In this document: one piece after another, positions 26,473 to 36,895 of the stretch
Numbering within the stretch: the first letter of the stretch is position 1
Layout: the number at the start of each line of letters is the position of its first letter
From: a virus
Taxonomy: Duplodnaviria > Caudoviricetes
Virus record (IMG/VR): IMGVR_UViG_3300037462_000917
Coordinates: 1 to 40,332 of that record
DNA: 40,332 nucleotides
Strand: one strand, 5' to 3'
Position numbers and translations under genes: made by a program
The notes under the pieces: generated by a model
Seen by the model: only the letters and a program-made list of their open reading frames with translations
What the model was told of the DNA's origin: nothing
Database searches by the model: none

Positions 26473-26896
26473 ATGCCCACCACCCGCGAAACCATCCTCG
26501 TCGCACTGCACGCGCGGTTGCAGCCGCTTGCCGCCCTCACCCTGCGCGATGAGGTCCTGCCGGAACGGATCCCAACAGCCGGGCTGATCATCCTGCGCGA
26601 TGGCCAACCGGGCGAGCCGGAGGTGACTCTGTCGCCGCTGCGTTACCACTATCAGCACCGCGCGGAACTGGAGGTCGTCGTTCAGGCCCCGAATGGCCGG
26701 GGCCAGCGCCTTTGACGACCTGATCTCCGCCATCGGCACCGCGCTGGAAGCTGACCGCACGCTTGGTGGCCTCTGCGACTGGGTCGAACCCGAAGCCCCA
26801 GCCTCGGTCGATCTACCCATCGAGGGTGCGGCGGCGCTGAAGGCAGCGGTGATCACCGTCGTCCTGCACTACACCACCACCGGCCCCTTGGCCTGA
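26473..26896 (+). pseudogene. Tail terminator-like gene split by a +1 frameshift
   Basis: ORFs 26473-26715 and 26693-26896 join into about 140 aa (...APNGRASAFDDL...) if one G is removed from CGGGG near 26699-26702. Confidence 0.7.
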
Positions 26897-26921
26897 CACC
26901 CCCAAAATCGAGGAGACTTCC

Positions 26922-27860
26922 ATGGCACGTGCGCAAGGCGCGCGGGCGCAAATGGCGCTTGCGTATGAGACGGTTTACGGGACCCCGCCGGTGAGTGGGT
27001 TCAGGTTGATGCCCTTTGCCCGGACGACGCTCGGGTCGGAACAACCCCTGCTGGAATCCGAACTGTTGGGCTATGGACGCGATCCCTTGGCCCCGATCAA
27101 GGACGCGGTTACGGCTGACGGCGAGGTGGTGATCCCTATCGACGTCGAGGCGTTCGGATTCTGGCTGAAGGCCGCCTTCGGTCAGCCCACGACCACCGGC
27201 ACGACCCCGAAAACCCACACCTTCCAGTCGGGCAACTGGACCCTGCCGAGCATGGCGATTGAAACCGCCATGCCTGAAGTGCCGCGCTTTGCAATGTATT
27301 CCGGCTGCGTGCTGGATCAGCTGACGTGGCAGATGCAGCGGTCCGGCCTGCTGACGGCCACCGCCCGTCTTGTCGCCCAAGGCGAAACCATCGCCGCCGC
27401 GACAGCCGCAGGCACTCCAACCGCGCTCGGCTTGCAAAGGTTCGGCCATTTCAACGGCACGGTGAAACGCAATGGCTCTGCTTTGGGCAACGTGGTTTCG
27501 GCCGAGATCACCTATTCCAACAACCTCGACCGGATCGAAACCATCCGCGGCGATGGGCGCATCGATGGCGCCGATCCCGCCATGGCCGCCCTGTCGGGCC
27601 GGATCGAGGTGCGGTTCGCCGACACCGCACTGATCACCCAAGCCATCGACGGCACGCCCTGCGAGCTGGAGTTCAATTACAGCCTCGGGGCCAACACCAG
27701 TTTCACCTTCACTGCCCATGCCGTCTATCTGCCCCGCCCGCGTATCGAGATCGCCGGGCCCCAAGGCGTGCAAGCGACGTTCGACTGGATGGCCGCCAAA
27801 GCCACCAGCCCTGCCCGGATGTGCACCGCCGTTCTCGTCAACACCCTTGCAGGATACTGA
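26922..27860 (+). CDS. Tail tube (major tail) protein
   Basis: GAGGAG RBS; 312 aa; 'AYETVYGTPP', 'ITYSNNLD'; upstream of the chaperone and TMP. Confidence 0.88.
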   Translation: MARAQGARAQMALAYETVYGTPPVSGFRLMPFARTTLGSEQPLLESELLGYGRDPLAPIKDAVTADGEVVIPIDVEAFGFWLKAAFGQPTTTGTTPKTHTFQSGNWTLPSMAIETAMPEVPRFAMYSGCVLDQLTWQMQRSGLLTATARLVAQGETIAAATAAGTPTALGLQRFGHFNGTVKRNGSALGNVVSAEITYSNNLDRIETIRGDGRIDGADPAMAALSGRIEVRFADTALITQAIDGTPCELEFNYSLGANTSFTFTAHAVYLPRPRIEIAGPQGVQATFDWMAAKATSPARMCTAVLVNTLAGY

Positions 27861-27862
27861 TC

Positions 27863-28300
27863 ATGATCCGACTGAACCTGACTGCCACGCCCGAATGGCT
27901 GGACCTCGCCCCTGGCCTGCGCCTGCTCGTCGGCCCCCTGACGACAGCGCTGATGGTGTCGGCGCGCGCCGATCCGGCCATCGAAGCCCTGCCGGAAGGT
28001 GCCAGCCAAGAGTCACTGGCCCTCGCGATGGCCAAAGCGGTCGCCCGTCGCGCTGTCTTGGATTGGGAAGGTGTGGGCGATGATGCCGGGAATGTCGTGC
28101 CCGTCACCCCCGAAGGGATCGACGCCCTTCTGGAAATATGGCCGGTCTTCGAGGCGTTCCAGACGCAATACGTCGCCAAAGGCCTGATCCTGGACGCAGA
28201 AAAAAACGTCTCCGCGCCCTCGCCGAGTGGTCCTTCGGCGGGGGCGACCGGTACTGCGCCGCCTGCGCGGGCCCTTGTGCAGACTGCCCCGCAAGACTGA
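27863..28300 (+). CDS. Tail assembly chaperone (gpG-like)
   Basis: 'VLDWEGVGD..G..VP.TPE.I..LL'; slippery A AAA AAC at 28201-28207. Confidence 0.8.
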   Translation: MIRLNLTATPEWLDLAPGLRLLVGPLTTALMVSARADPAIEALPEGASQESLALAMAKAVARRAVLDWEGVGDDAGNVVPVTPEGIDALLEIWPVFEAFQTQYVAKGLILDAEKNVSAPSPSGPSAGATGTAPPARALVQTAPQD

Positions 28301-28530
28301 ACCGACTCCAGACCCCCGAGGGTTGGCAGGTCTGGGACCTGGTCGGTCGCCTTGGAGGCCAGTTGCGCGTGATCCCCGGCGCGGTCCTCGGCTGGGACAT
28401 GGGTTCGGCACTCGCCATGGCCCAAGCGCTGGGCATCGACACCCTGATCGCCGCCGAACTGCTGCCCGAGATCGAGGCGGTGATGGTGCGCAAACTGAAC
28501 GAACAGATGGAAGGAGGCCGCGATGGCTGA
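28201..28530 (+). CDS. -1 frameshift extension of the tail chaperone (gpT-like)
   Basis: -1 frame open from the slippery heptamer to an overlap with the TMP start; Cys-rich 'YCAAC.GPC.DCP'. Confidence 0.75.
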   Translation, partial: KKRLRALAEWSFGGGDRYCAACAGPCADCPARLNRLQTPEGWQVWDLVGRLGGQLRVIPGAVLGWDMGSALAMAQALGIDTLIAAELLPEIEAVMVRKLNEQMEGGRDG

Positions 28531-30949
28531 AAAACGCGTGTCCGTCCGCCTCGTCGCGGAAGGCGGCCGCCAGGTGCGCGCCGAGTTGGAAGGCATCGGC
28601 GATGCTGGCGCGCGGGGCTTTGGCCGTCTGTCGACCGAAATGGAGCTGGCCAACACCCGTCTTGCCAGCTTTGCACGGAAGGCCGGGATTGCACTGGCGG
28701 CGGTGACGGTTGCGGCGGCTGCGGCTGGCGTGGCCATGGTCCGATCCGGATTGGAAACCATCGGCGCACAGGCCGACATGGCAGCGTCGCTGAAAACCAC
28801 AGTCGAAAGCCTGCAGGTACTGACTTGGGCGGGGGAACTGGCAGGCGTTTCGATGGGCGAGATCGAACAAGCCACGAAGAAACTTACCACCCGGTTGTCG
28901 GAAGCGGCCGCAGGATCCGGCTCGGCGGTCGGGGCCCTGCAGCGGCTGAACCTGACGGCGGCGCAATTGCAGGCCTTGCCGCTGGACCAGCGCATCGTCG
29001 CCATTCAGGAAGCCTTGAACCGGTTCGTGCCGGAGGCAGAGCGCGCGGCTGTCGCGTCCGACCTCTTCGGCGACAAAGCGGCACTGGCCTTTCTGCGTAT
29101 CGATCCAGCCACCTTGCGTGAAGCCGCGCAGGATGTGCGCGACTTCGGGGTGGCGGTCGGCGCGGCCGATGCCGCCCAGATCGAACGCACCGGTGATGCC
29201 ATCGCCAAACTCAGCCTGATCTGGCTGGGGCTGACCAATCGGCTGACTGCTGCTGTGGCCCCGGCACTGGAAACCATCGCCAACACGCTGGCCGACATGG
29301 CGCGCAGCACGGGGCCAATTGGCATCGCGATCACCGCCCTCTTCGACAACATCGGCCGCCTGACCACCTATGCCGCGACATTTGCCACATTGATGACCGG
29401 GCGCTGGGTGGCGGGGCTGGCGGCTGCGGCCCTGTCCGTTCGTGGCCTTGCAACCGGATTGGTGATCCTGCGCGGCGCGTTGATCCGCACCGGCATCGGG
29501 GCGTTGATCGTTGGAGCGGGGGAGCTGGTGTTCCAGTTCACCCGGCTGGTCGCGAGCGCGGGCGGGTTCGGCGCGGCAATTGGCCTCCTGAAAGATCTGG
29601 CGCTGGAAGTCTGGGGCCGCATCGGCCTTGGGGCTGCATCTGCCTGGTCGAAGATCGAGGCCAGCTGGGCCGGGCTGCAGGCCACCATCTACGGCGCGAT
29701 GCAGTCTTCGGTAGAAGCGGTGACCAGCTTTGGCAATTCGGCGGCGGGCATCTTCAAGGGTGCCTATGAAGCCGTGAAAGCGATCTGGAGTCAGCTGCCC
29801 GGTGCGATTGGGGATTTCGCATTCCAGGCCGCGAACGGGCTGATTGGCGGGGTCGAGGCGATGCTGAACGGCGTCGTCACTCGCATCAACAACTTCATCA
29901 ACGGCTTGAACGCAGCGCTGGACCTCTTGCCCGATTGGGCGGTCGGCGAAGGCGGGGTGCGCATCGGCAAGCTGGATCCGGTGGCGCTGGGCCGGATCGA
30001 CAATCCCTTTGCCGGATCTGCCGCTGCGGCCGGAACTGCCGCCGCCGAAGCCTTCTCGGCCGCCATGGCGCTAACCTATGTTAGTACGCCCGATCTGGGG
30101 CTGACCGGGATGGCAGAAGAAGCCACCGCCCGGGCCGAAGCCTATCGCGAGGCTTCCGGTATGCTGGCAGATGCGGCCGCGCGTCCGATGCAAAGCTGGC
30201 AGGCGCTGAAGGATGCAGTGGCCGGGGCGGGGAGCGAGGGCGAGGCCGCACTGAACGGGGCTGCAGATGCCGCAGACCGGCTGGACGAGTCGATGACTGA
30301 CGCCGGGCGCGCTGCCGGTGGGGCTGGTGCCGCCGCCGCAGCCGGGGCCGAAGCGGCCAAGACCGGCTGGGAAGCCGCCGTGGCGACACTTGCCGACTAC
30401 GCTGCCAAAGCGCGCGACATTGGTGGCCATATCGGCAATGCACTGGTTAGCGCCTTCACCTCGGCCGAAAACGCTGTGGGCGAGTTCGTGAAAACCGGCA
30501 AACTCGATTTCCGCGACCTGGTCACGTCAATGATCGCCGATCTCGCCAAACTGGCGGCGCGGCGGTTCATCCTCGGCCCCATCGCCAACGCGCTGTCGGG
30601 CGCGCTAAGCGGCGCGGGTGGTATCTTCGCCAATATCTTGCATGCGGGCGGTGTGGTCGGATCTGCTGGACCGGGCCGCATGGTCCCGGCCATGGCCTTT
30701 GCGAGTGCCCCGCGCATGCATTCGGGTGGCTGGGCCGGGATCAAGCCTGACGAGGTGCCCGCGATCCTGCAGCGCGGTGAGCGGGTTCTGTCTCGCCGGG
30801 AAGCTGCTGGTTATGGCCAACGGCAAAGCGCTGCCCCGAACATCTCCGTCACGATCAACGCCCGCGACGCCGAAAGCTTCCGGCAATCGCGCACGCAGGT
30901 CGCAGCCGATATCGCCCGTGCTGTGTCCCTTGGCCGGAGAGGCATCTGA
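28523..30949 (+). CDS. Tape measure protein
   Basis: 808 aa, Ala/Gly-rich; C-terminal 'GKLDFRDLV.S', 'HSGG...DEVPAILQRGERVL'. Confidence 0.92.
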   Translation: MAEKRVSVRLVAEGGRQVRAELEGIGDAGARGFGRLSTEMELANTRLASFARKAGIALAAVTVAAAAAGVAMVRSGLETIGAQADMAASLKTTVESLQVLTWAGELAGVSMGEIEQATKKLTTRLSEAAAGSGSAVGALQRLNLTAAQLQALPLDQRIVAIQEALNRFVPEAERAAVASDLFGDKAALAFLRIDPATLREAAQDVRDFGVAVGAADAAQIERTGDAIAKLSLIWLGLTNRLTAAVAPALETIANTLADMARSTGPIGIAITALFDNIGRLTTYAATFATLMTGRWVAGLAAAALSVRGLATGLVILRGALIRTGIGALIVGAGELVFQFTRLVASAGGFGAAIGLLKDLALEVWGRIGLGAASAWSKIEASWAGLQATIYGAMQSSVEAVTSFGNSAAGIFKGAYEAVKAIWSQLPGAIGDFAFQAANGLIGGVEAMLNGVVTRINNFINGLNAALDLLPDWAVGEGGVRIGKLDPVALGRIDNPFAGSAAAAGTAAAEAFSAAMALTYVSTPDLGLTGMAEEATARAEAYREASGMLADAAARPMQSWQALKDAVAGAGSEGEAALNGAADAADRLDESMTDAGRAAGGAGAAAAAGAEAAKTGWEAAVATLADYAAKARDIGGHIGNALVSAFTSAENAVGEFVKTGKLDFRDLVTSMIADLAKLAARRFILGPIANALSGALSGAGGIFANILHAGGVVGSAGPGRMVPAMAFASAPRMHSGGWAGIKPDEVPAILQRGERVLSRREAAGYGQRQSAAPNISVTINARDAESFRQSRTQVAADIARAVSLGRRGI

Positions 30950-31575
30950 TGGCGTTCCACGAAGTGCGCTTCCCCGACAACATCAGCCGCGGGGCGAGAG
31001 GCGGGCCGGAGCGGCGCACGCAAATCGTGGAGTTGGCCTCGGGCGACGAAGAACGTAACGCCAGCTGGGCCAACTCGCGCCGTCGGTATGACGTCGCTTA
31101 TGGCATCCGGCGTGCAGATGAACTGGCATCGGTCGTTGCCTTCTTTGAGGCACGGAACGGTCGCCTGCACGGGTTTCGCTACAAGGACTGGGCCGACTAC
31201 AAATCCGCCCTGCCGTCACTGGCGATCACCGCGACCGACCAGCAGATCGGAACCGGGACCGGCAGCCTGCAAACCTTTCAGCTCGCGAAACGCTACACAT
31301 CTGGCGCACAGACTTGGGTGCGGACTATCGCCAAGCCTGTCGCCGGAACTGTCCGCGTGGCGCTGGGCATGGTGGAACAGCTGTCGGGCTGGACCGTGAA
31401 CACGACGACCGGCGTCGTCACCTTCACCACCGCCCCTGCAGGTGGAGTCATCGTCCGCGCTGGCTTCGAATTCGATGTGCCGGTGCGCTTCGACAGCGAC
31501 ACCCTCGACGTCACCCTCGACTTTGAACGGCTGGGGTCAATCACCTCCATCCCGCTTCTGGAGATCCGCAGATGA
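30949..31575 (+). CDS. Distal tail protein (DUF2460, GTA g12-like)
   Basis: 'FHEVRFP..IS.G..GGPERRT', 'FFEARNG.LHGFR.KDW.DY', 'FEFDVPVRFD'. Confidence 0.9.
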   Translation: MAFHEVRFPDNISRGARGGPERRTQIVELASGDEERNASWANSRRRYDVAYGIRRADELASVVAFFEARNGRLHGFRYKDWADYKSALPSLAITATDQQIGTGTGSLQTFQLAKRYTSGAQTWVRTIAKPVAGTVRVALGMVEQLSGWTVNTTTGVVTFTTAPAGGVIVRAGFEFDVPVRFDSDTLDVTLDFERLGSITSIPLLEIRR

Positions 31576-32456
31576 AAAACCTCTCCCCTGCACTGCAGGC
31601 GCATCTGGATGACGGCACCACCACTCTGTCCTGGTGCTGGCGGATTTCTCGGGCAGACGGCGTGGCTCTGGGCTTTACTGATCATGACCGCGCCCTCAGC
31701 TTTGATGGGACCGGGTTTGAGCCGGAGAGCGGGTTTGCCGCTTCGGAAATCCGTTCTGGTTCCGATCTCGCCGTCGATGCCCAAGACGCCACCGGCGTGC
31801 TGACCTCCGACCGGATCACGGAAACTGACATCCTCGACGGGTGCTGGGACAATGCGGAGGTCGAGCTCTGGCGGGTCAATTGGACCGACACCAGCCAGCG
31901 TGTTCTGCTGCGGCGAGGTGCAGTGGGTCAAATCCGGCGCGGGCGCATGGCCTTTGTCGCAGAAGTCCGGTCGCTGGCGCATGTGCTGGGCCAGACGGTC
32001 GGGCGGACGTTTCAGGCGGGGTGCGACGCCCGGTTGGGCGATGCGCGCTGCGGGATCGATCTGGAAAACGCGATCTACAGGGGCACAGGCATCGTCACCG
32101 ACTTGCTGCGCGACAGGGCATTCATGGCCTCGGGGCTGTCCGGGTTTGCTGCGGGCTGGTTCACCTCCGGCACCCTGACCTGGACCACCGGTGCCAATGT
32201 GGGTCGCATCACCGAGGTGCTGTCGCATGGCCTGGATGGCAGCATCGCGACTCTGACCCTTTTGGAAGCGCCGGTTCTGCAGATTGCCGAGGGCGACAGT
32301 TTCATCGCACGCGCGGGCTGCGACAAGCGCATCGCGACCTGCAGCGCAAAGTTCGCGAATATCGCCAACTTCCGGGGTTTTCCCAACATTCCGGGTCAGG
32401 ATGCGGTCCTGCGCTATGCAAGCCAGGACGGCGGCCATGAAGGAAACGTGCTGTGA
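31572..32456 (+). CDS. Baseplate hub protein (DUF2163, GTA g13-like)
   Basis: 'WRISRADG..LGFTDHD', 'C.A.LGD.RC', 'GCDK...TC..KF.N..NFRGFP.IPG'. Confidence 0.9.
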   Translation: MKNLSPALQAHLDDGTTTLSWCWRISRADGVALGFTDHDRALSFDGTGFEPESGFAASEIRSGSDLAVDAQDATGVLTSDRITETDILDGCWDNAEVELWRVNWTDTSQRVLLRRGAVGQIRRGRMAFVAEVRSLAHVLGQTVGRTFQAGCDARLGDARCGIDLENAIYRGTGIVTDLLRDRAFMASGLSGFAAGWFTSGTLTWTTGANVGRITEVLSHGLDGSIATLTLLEAPVLQIAEGDSFIARAGCDKRIATCSAKFANIANFRGFPNIPGQDAVLRYASQDGGHEGNVL

Positions 32457-32887
32457 TGACCGCCGATCCCGCCGTGGTCATCGCCACTGCCCGCAGTTGG
32501 CTTGGCACGCCCTACCACGATCAGGCCAGCCTGCGTGGTGTCGGCTGCGATTGCCTCGGCCTCGCGCGCGGTGTCTGGCGCGAGGTAGTCGGGGACGAAC
32601 CTTTCCCAATTCCGCCCTATAGCCGGGACTGGGGCGAGACTGGCCCCCGCGAGGTTCTGGCCGAAGGCGCGCGCCGGATGATGCAGGAAATCATGCCCAC
32701 CGACACTGGACCTGGAACGCTGATCCTGTTCCGGATGGCCCCACGCGCCATCGCCAAGCATGTCGGGATCCTGACGGCTCCCGACCGTTTCATCCACGCC
32801 TATGAGCGGCTGGGCGTAGTCGAGGAAATCCTGACCACGGCATGGGCGCGCAAGGTCGCATTCGCCTTCCTGTTCCCCAGAGATTGA
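32453..32887 (+). CDS. NlpC/P60 peptidase (GTA g14-like)
   Basis: 'ARSWLGTPYHDQAS..GVGCDCLGL', 'AKHVGI', 'FIHAY'. Confidence 0.92.
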   Translation: MMTADPAVVIATARSWLGTPYHDQASLRGVGCDCLGLARGVWREVVGDEPFPIPPYSRDWGETGPREVLAEGARRMMQEIMPTDTGPGTLILFRMAPRAIAKHVGILTAPDRFIHAYERLGVVEEILTTAWARKVAFAFLFPRD

Positions 32888-32897
32888 GACCCCGCAC

Positions 32898-35800
32898 ATG
32901 GCAACTCTTGTTCTCGGTGCCGTTGGCTCCGCGATTGGCGGCGCATTTGGCGGTGCCATCCTCGGCTTTTCCGGCGCGGCGATCGGCGGTTTCATCGGCT
33001 CGACCATCGGGTCGGTCGTCGACAACTGGATCGTGTCGTCCCTCGCCCCGGCCCAACGGATCGAGGGTGCGCGTCTGGACAGCCTGCGCATCACCTCCTC
33101 GACCGAAGGCGCGGTGATCCCACGCCTGTTCGGTCGGATGCGGATCGGCGGCAACATCATCTGGGCCACTGATTTCCGCGAAGAGGTCAACACCACCAGC
33201 CAAGGCGGCGGCAAAGGCAGCGGGCCGAAGGTCACGACCACTGAATACCTCTATTACGCCAGCTTCGCGGTCGCATTGTGCGAGGGCGAAATCACCGGCA
33301 TTGGCCGTGTCTGGGCCGACGGCAAGCCGATGGATGTGACCGGCGTCACCTGGCGTTGGTATCCAGGCAACGACGTGCAAAGCCCCGATCCATTCATCAG
33401 CGCCAAGATGGGAGCAGCCAACACCCCTGCCTACCGCGGCACCGCCTATGTCGTCTTTGAGGAACTCGACCTCAGTGCCTTCGGCAACCGCCTGCCGCAG
33501 ATCAGCTTCGAGGTGTTCCGGCCGCTCGCGGACCCCGACACGGCCGAAGGGCTGGTAAAAGCGGTGACGATGATCCCGGCTTCGGGCGAGTTCACCTATG
33601 CGACCGCGCCGGTCAAGAAGACCACCGGTTCGGGCGGAGCAACCGTCGCCGAGAACCTGAATGCGATCACCGACACGGCCGACATCGTGGTGGCACTGGA
33701 CCGGCTGCAATCTTTGGCCCCAGCGGTGGAAAGCGTGAGCCTCGTGGTGGCGTGGTTCGGTGATGATCTGCGGGCAGGGAACTGCAAGGTGCGGCCGGGC
33801 GTCGAGGTGGACACCAAAACGACGACGCCGTCGGCTTGGGTCGTAAACGGTGTCGCACGTGCGGACGCGTTTATGGTCAGCCGCGATGCTGAAGACCGTC
33901 CGGTCTATGGCGGCACCCCGGCCGACTTCGCCGTGGTGCAGGCCATTCAGGAGATGAGGGCCCGCGGATTGCGGGTGACCTTCTATCCGTTCCTGCTGTT
34001 GGACGTGCCACCCGGCAACACAAAGCCGAACCCTTACAGTGCCCATGCGGCCACCGCTGGCCAGCCAATTTTCCCCTGGCGCGGTCGGATCACCTGTTCC
34101 CCGGCTGCTGGTTTTGCAGGATCGGTCGACAAGACCGCGGCCGCTGCCACGCAGGTCGCAGCGCTGTTCGGCACCGCCACGCCCGCAAACTTCACCGTCT
34201 CAGGCACCACTGTCAGCTGGACCGGCCCGGTCGGCGAATGGGGCCTGCGCCGGATGATCCTGCACTACGCGCATCTCTGCAAAGCGGCAGGCGGCGTCGA
34301 CGCCTTCTTGATCGGCTCGGAAATGCCCGGCCTGACCACCATCCGCTCGGGCGCCAGCACCTATCCCGCCGTCACCGCGTTCAAGACGCTCGCGGCGGAT
34401 GTTCGCGCGATTCTCGGCGCTGGGCCGAAGATCGGCTATGCCGCCGACTGGTCGGAATACTTTGGTCACCACGCGGCCGACGGCTCGGGCGATGTATTCT
34501 TCCACCTCGACCCGCTCTGGTCGGACACCAACGTCAACTTCATCGGCATCGATAACTATATGCCGCTGTCGGACTGGCGCGACGGGTTCAATCATGCCGA
34601 TGCCGCGCTGGCGCCTGCGATCTACGACCGGGCCTACCTGCAATCAAACATCACCGGCGGCGAGGGGTTCGACTGGTTCTATGCCAGCCCGGCCAATCGG
34701 ACAGCGCAAAACCGCACGCCGATCACCGATGGTGCAGCAGCAAAACCGTGGGTATTCCGCTTCAAGGACCTGCGTGCCTGGTGGCAAAACCCGCATTTCA
34801 ACCGCCCAGGCGGGGTGGAGAGCGGCACACCAACCGCATGGGTACCGCAGTCGAAGCCGATCTGGTTCACCGAACTCGGTTGCCCGGCGATTGATCGCGG
34901 CACCAACCAGCCCAACGTGTTCTTCGACCCGAAATCATCGGAAAGCTTCACGCCGTACTTTTCGCGCGGCTGGCGGGACGATGCGATCCAGCGGGCCTAT
35001 CTCGAGGCAACCTATCTCTGGTGGGGTCAGGGCGCGAACAACCCTACCTCCTCGATCTATGGCGCGCGCATGGTGCATGTGCCGGAGTGTGCTGCCTGGA
35101 CCTGGGATGCCCGACCCTATCCGTTCTTTCCAGAACTGACCGATGTCTGGACCGACGGGCCGAACTGGCGGCTGGGCCACTGGCTGACCGGAAGGCTGGG
35201 CGCAGTGTCGCTGGCGGCGCTGGTGCGGCACCTCTGCTTGCGCGCAGGGATGCCCGCAGAATTGATCGACGTCTCCGGCCTCTGGGGTGCGGTCGAGGGC
35301 TATGTGATCTCCGCACTGGAAGCCCCGCGTGCCTCGATTTCCACGCTGGCCCGGCACTTTGGCTTCGATGCGGTGGAGAGCGAGGGGCGCATCAAGTTCC
35401 TGATGCGCGGCCGAATTGCCGGTGCCACGATCACTCCGGATGGAATGGTGGCCCCCGCCTCTGCGCAGGGCGATGTGATAGAACTGACCCGCGCGCAGGA
35501 AACCGAACTGCCGCAGGCCCTGAAATGGCAGGTCGCGCGCGCCGACGAGGATTACGACGCGGCTCAGGTCGAGGCGCGGCGCATCACCGTCGATACCACG
35601 CGCATCGCGTCCGAGTCGTTTCCGATGGCCATCCCGCCCGAGGAAGCTGAACGCCGCTGCCGCCGCGCGCTGATGGAGGCATGGGTGGGCCGCGAAAGCG
35701 CCGTGTTCCGCCTGCCGCCCTCGCGTCTGGCGCTGGATCCTTGCGACGTCATCCTGCTCGACCACGATGGCCGCCTGACGGAAATGCGGCTCGTGTCCAT

Positions 35801-36869
35801 CGCTGACTCCGACCTGCGCGGCGTCGACGCCGTGCGCCAGGATCGGGCGATCTATGATCTGCCGCCCGGCGAGCCTCGACCTGCATCCTTGTCAACGCCG
35901 ACCGTCTTTGGCGCACCCGACATCGTTCTCCTGGACCTGCCGCAGCTGCGCGAGGATCAGCCTGCGCATCGGCCCATGGTCGCGGCCCATGCCAAGCCAT
36001 GGCCGGGTGAGATTGCCGTATACCGCAGCGCCGCGACGGACGGGTTTGCCCTGCTGACCACGTTCGGCACGCGGGCGCGCATGGGAGTGCTGGCGGCCAA
36101 TTTCTTTGCGGGACCAGTGTCGCGCTTCGATCTGGGCAATGCCTTGGTGGTCGACCTTTATTCCGGCACGCTGGAAAGCGTCACGGACATCACCCTGCTG
36201 GGCGGGGCCAATGCGCTGGCCGTCGACACCGGCGCCGGGCAATGGGAAATCGTCCAGGCGGGCGCGGCCGAGTTGATCGCACCCGGGCGGTATCGGCTGA
36301 CCCGATTGCTGCGCGGCCAGCGTGGGACCGAATGGGCGATGGTCAGCATGGTGCCGACCGGCGCGCGGGTGGTCGTGCTGGACACAGTCGTGGTGCCCTT
36401 GCCGATTTCCGAAGCCGATCTGGGTCTGCCATGGAACTGGCGCATCGGCCCTGCGTCGCGCCCGGTCAGCGACGAGACCTTTGTCGCCGCCAGTTTCACC
36501 CCTGAGGGCGCTGGGCTGCGGCCCTTCTCCGTCGCCCACGTCGAGCAGCCGTGGCGCACTGCCCGCAGCCCCGGCGATCTGACGATCCGATGGGCACGCC
36601 GGTCGAGGTCATTGGCCGCCGACACCTGGGGGGCGGGCGATGTGCCCTTGGCCGAAGACAGCGAAGCCTATGAGGTGGAAATCCGTGATGGCAGCATCGT
36701 CAAGCGCACGCTGACCGCGACCACAACCAGCGTCCTCTACACCGCCGCGCAGCAGACCGCAGACTGGGGCGCACCCCTTGGGTCCGGTCAATCCCTCACC
36801 ATTCGCATCTACCAGCTCTCGGCCCTGATCGGCCGGGGCGCTGGGCGTTCCGTCACACTCAGCATCTGA
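32898..36869 (+). CDS. Baseplate multidomain protein (megatron, GTA g15-like)
   Basis: 1323 aa; 'PAYRGTAYVVFE', TIM-barrel 'YAADWSEY', 'KPIWFTELGC', 'WTWDARPYP'. Confidence 0.92.
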   Translation: MATLVLGAVGSAIGGAFGGAILGFSGAAIGGFIGSTIGSVVDNWIVSSLAPAQRIEGARLDSLRITSSTEGAVIPRLFGRMRIGGNIIWATDFREEVNTTSQGGGKGSGPKVTTTEYLYYASFAVALCEGEITGIGRVWADGKPMDVTGVTWRWYPGNDVQSPDPFISAKMGAANTPAYRGTAYVVFEELDLSAFGNRLPQISFEVFRPLADPDTAEGLVKAVTMIPASGEFTYATAPVKKTTGSGGATVAENLNAITDTADIVVALDRLQSLAPAVESVSLVVAWFGDDLRAGNCKVRPGVEVDTKTTTPSAWVVNGVARADAFMVSRDAEDRPVYGGTPADFAVVQAIQEMRARGLRVTFYPFLLLDVPPGNTKPNPYSAHAATAGQPIFPWRGRITCSPAAGFAGSVDKTAAAATQVAALFGTATPANFTVSGTTVSWTGPVGEWGLRRMILHYAHLCKAAGGVDAFLIGSEMPGLTTIRSGASTYPAVTAFKTLAADVRAILGAGPKIGYAADWSEYFGHHAADGSGDVFFHLDPLWSDTNVNFIGIDNYMPLSDWRDGFNHADAALAPAIYDRAYLQSNITGGEGFDWFYASPANRTAQNRTPITDGAAAKPWVFRFKDLRAWWQNPHFNRPGGVESGTPTAWVPQSKPIWFTELGCPAIDRGTNQPNVFFDPKSSESFTPYFSRGWRDDAIQRAYLEATYLWWGQGANNPTSSIYGARMVHVPECAAWTWDARPYPFFPELTDVWTDGPNWRLGHWLTGRLGAVSLAALVRHLCLRAGMPAELIDVSGLWGAVEGYVISALEAPRASISTLARHFGFDAVESEGRIKFLMRGRIAGATITPDGMVAPASAQGDVIELTRAQETELPQALKWQVARADEDYDAAQVEARRITVDTTRIASESFPMAIPPEEAERRCRRALMEAWVGRESAVFRLPPSRLALDPCDVILLDHDGRLTEMRLVSIADSDLRGVDAVRQDRAIYDLPPGEPRPASLSTPTVFGAPDIVLLDLPQLREDQPAHRPMVAAHAKPWPGEIAVYRSAATDGFALLTTFGTRARMGVLAANFFAGPVSRFDLGNALVVDLYSGTLESVTDITLLGGANALAVDTGAGQWEIVQAGAAELIAPGRYRLTRLLRGQRGTEWAMVSMVPTGARVVVLDTVVVPLPISEADLGLPWNWRIGPASRPVSDETFVAASFTPEGAGLRPFSVAHVEQPWRTARSPGDLTIRWARRSRSLAADTWGAGDVPLAEDSEAYEVEIRDGSIVKRTLTATTTSVLYTAAQQTADWGAPLGSGQSLTIRIYQLSALIGRGAGRSVTLSI

Positions 36870-36895
36870 AAGCGCACACCCAGAAAGACCGAAAA

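Noticed and set aside
27326-27862. 324-aa version of the tail chaperone ORF
   Set aside because: The upstream part overlaps the tail tube gene out of frame; the plausible start is ATG 27863
30949-36869. Gene transfer agent cluster
   Set aside because: Integrase, replication origin, cos site and lambda-type head genes indicate a true prophage
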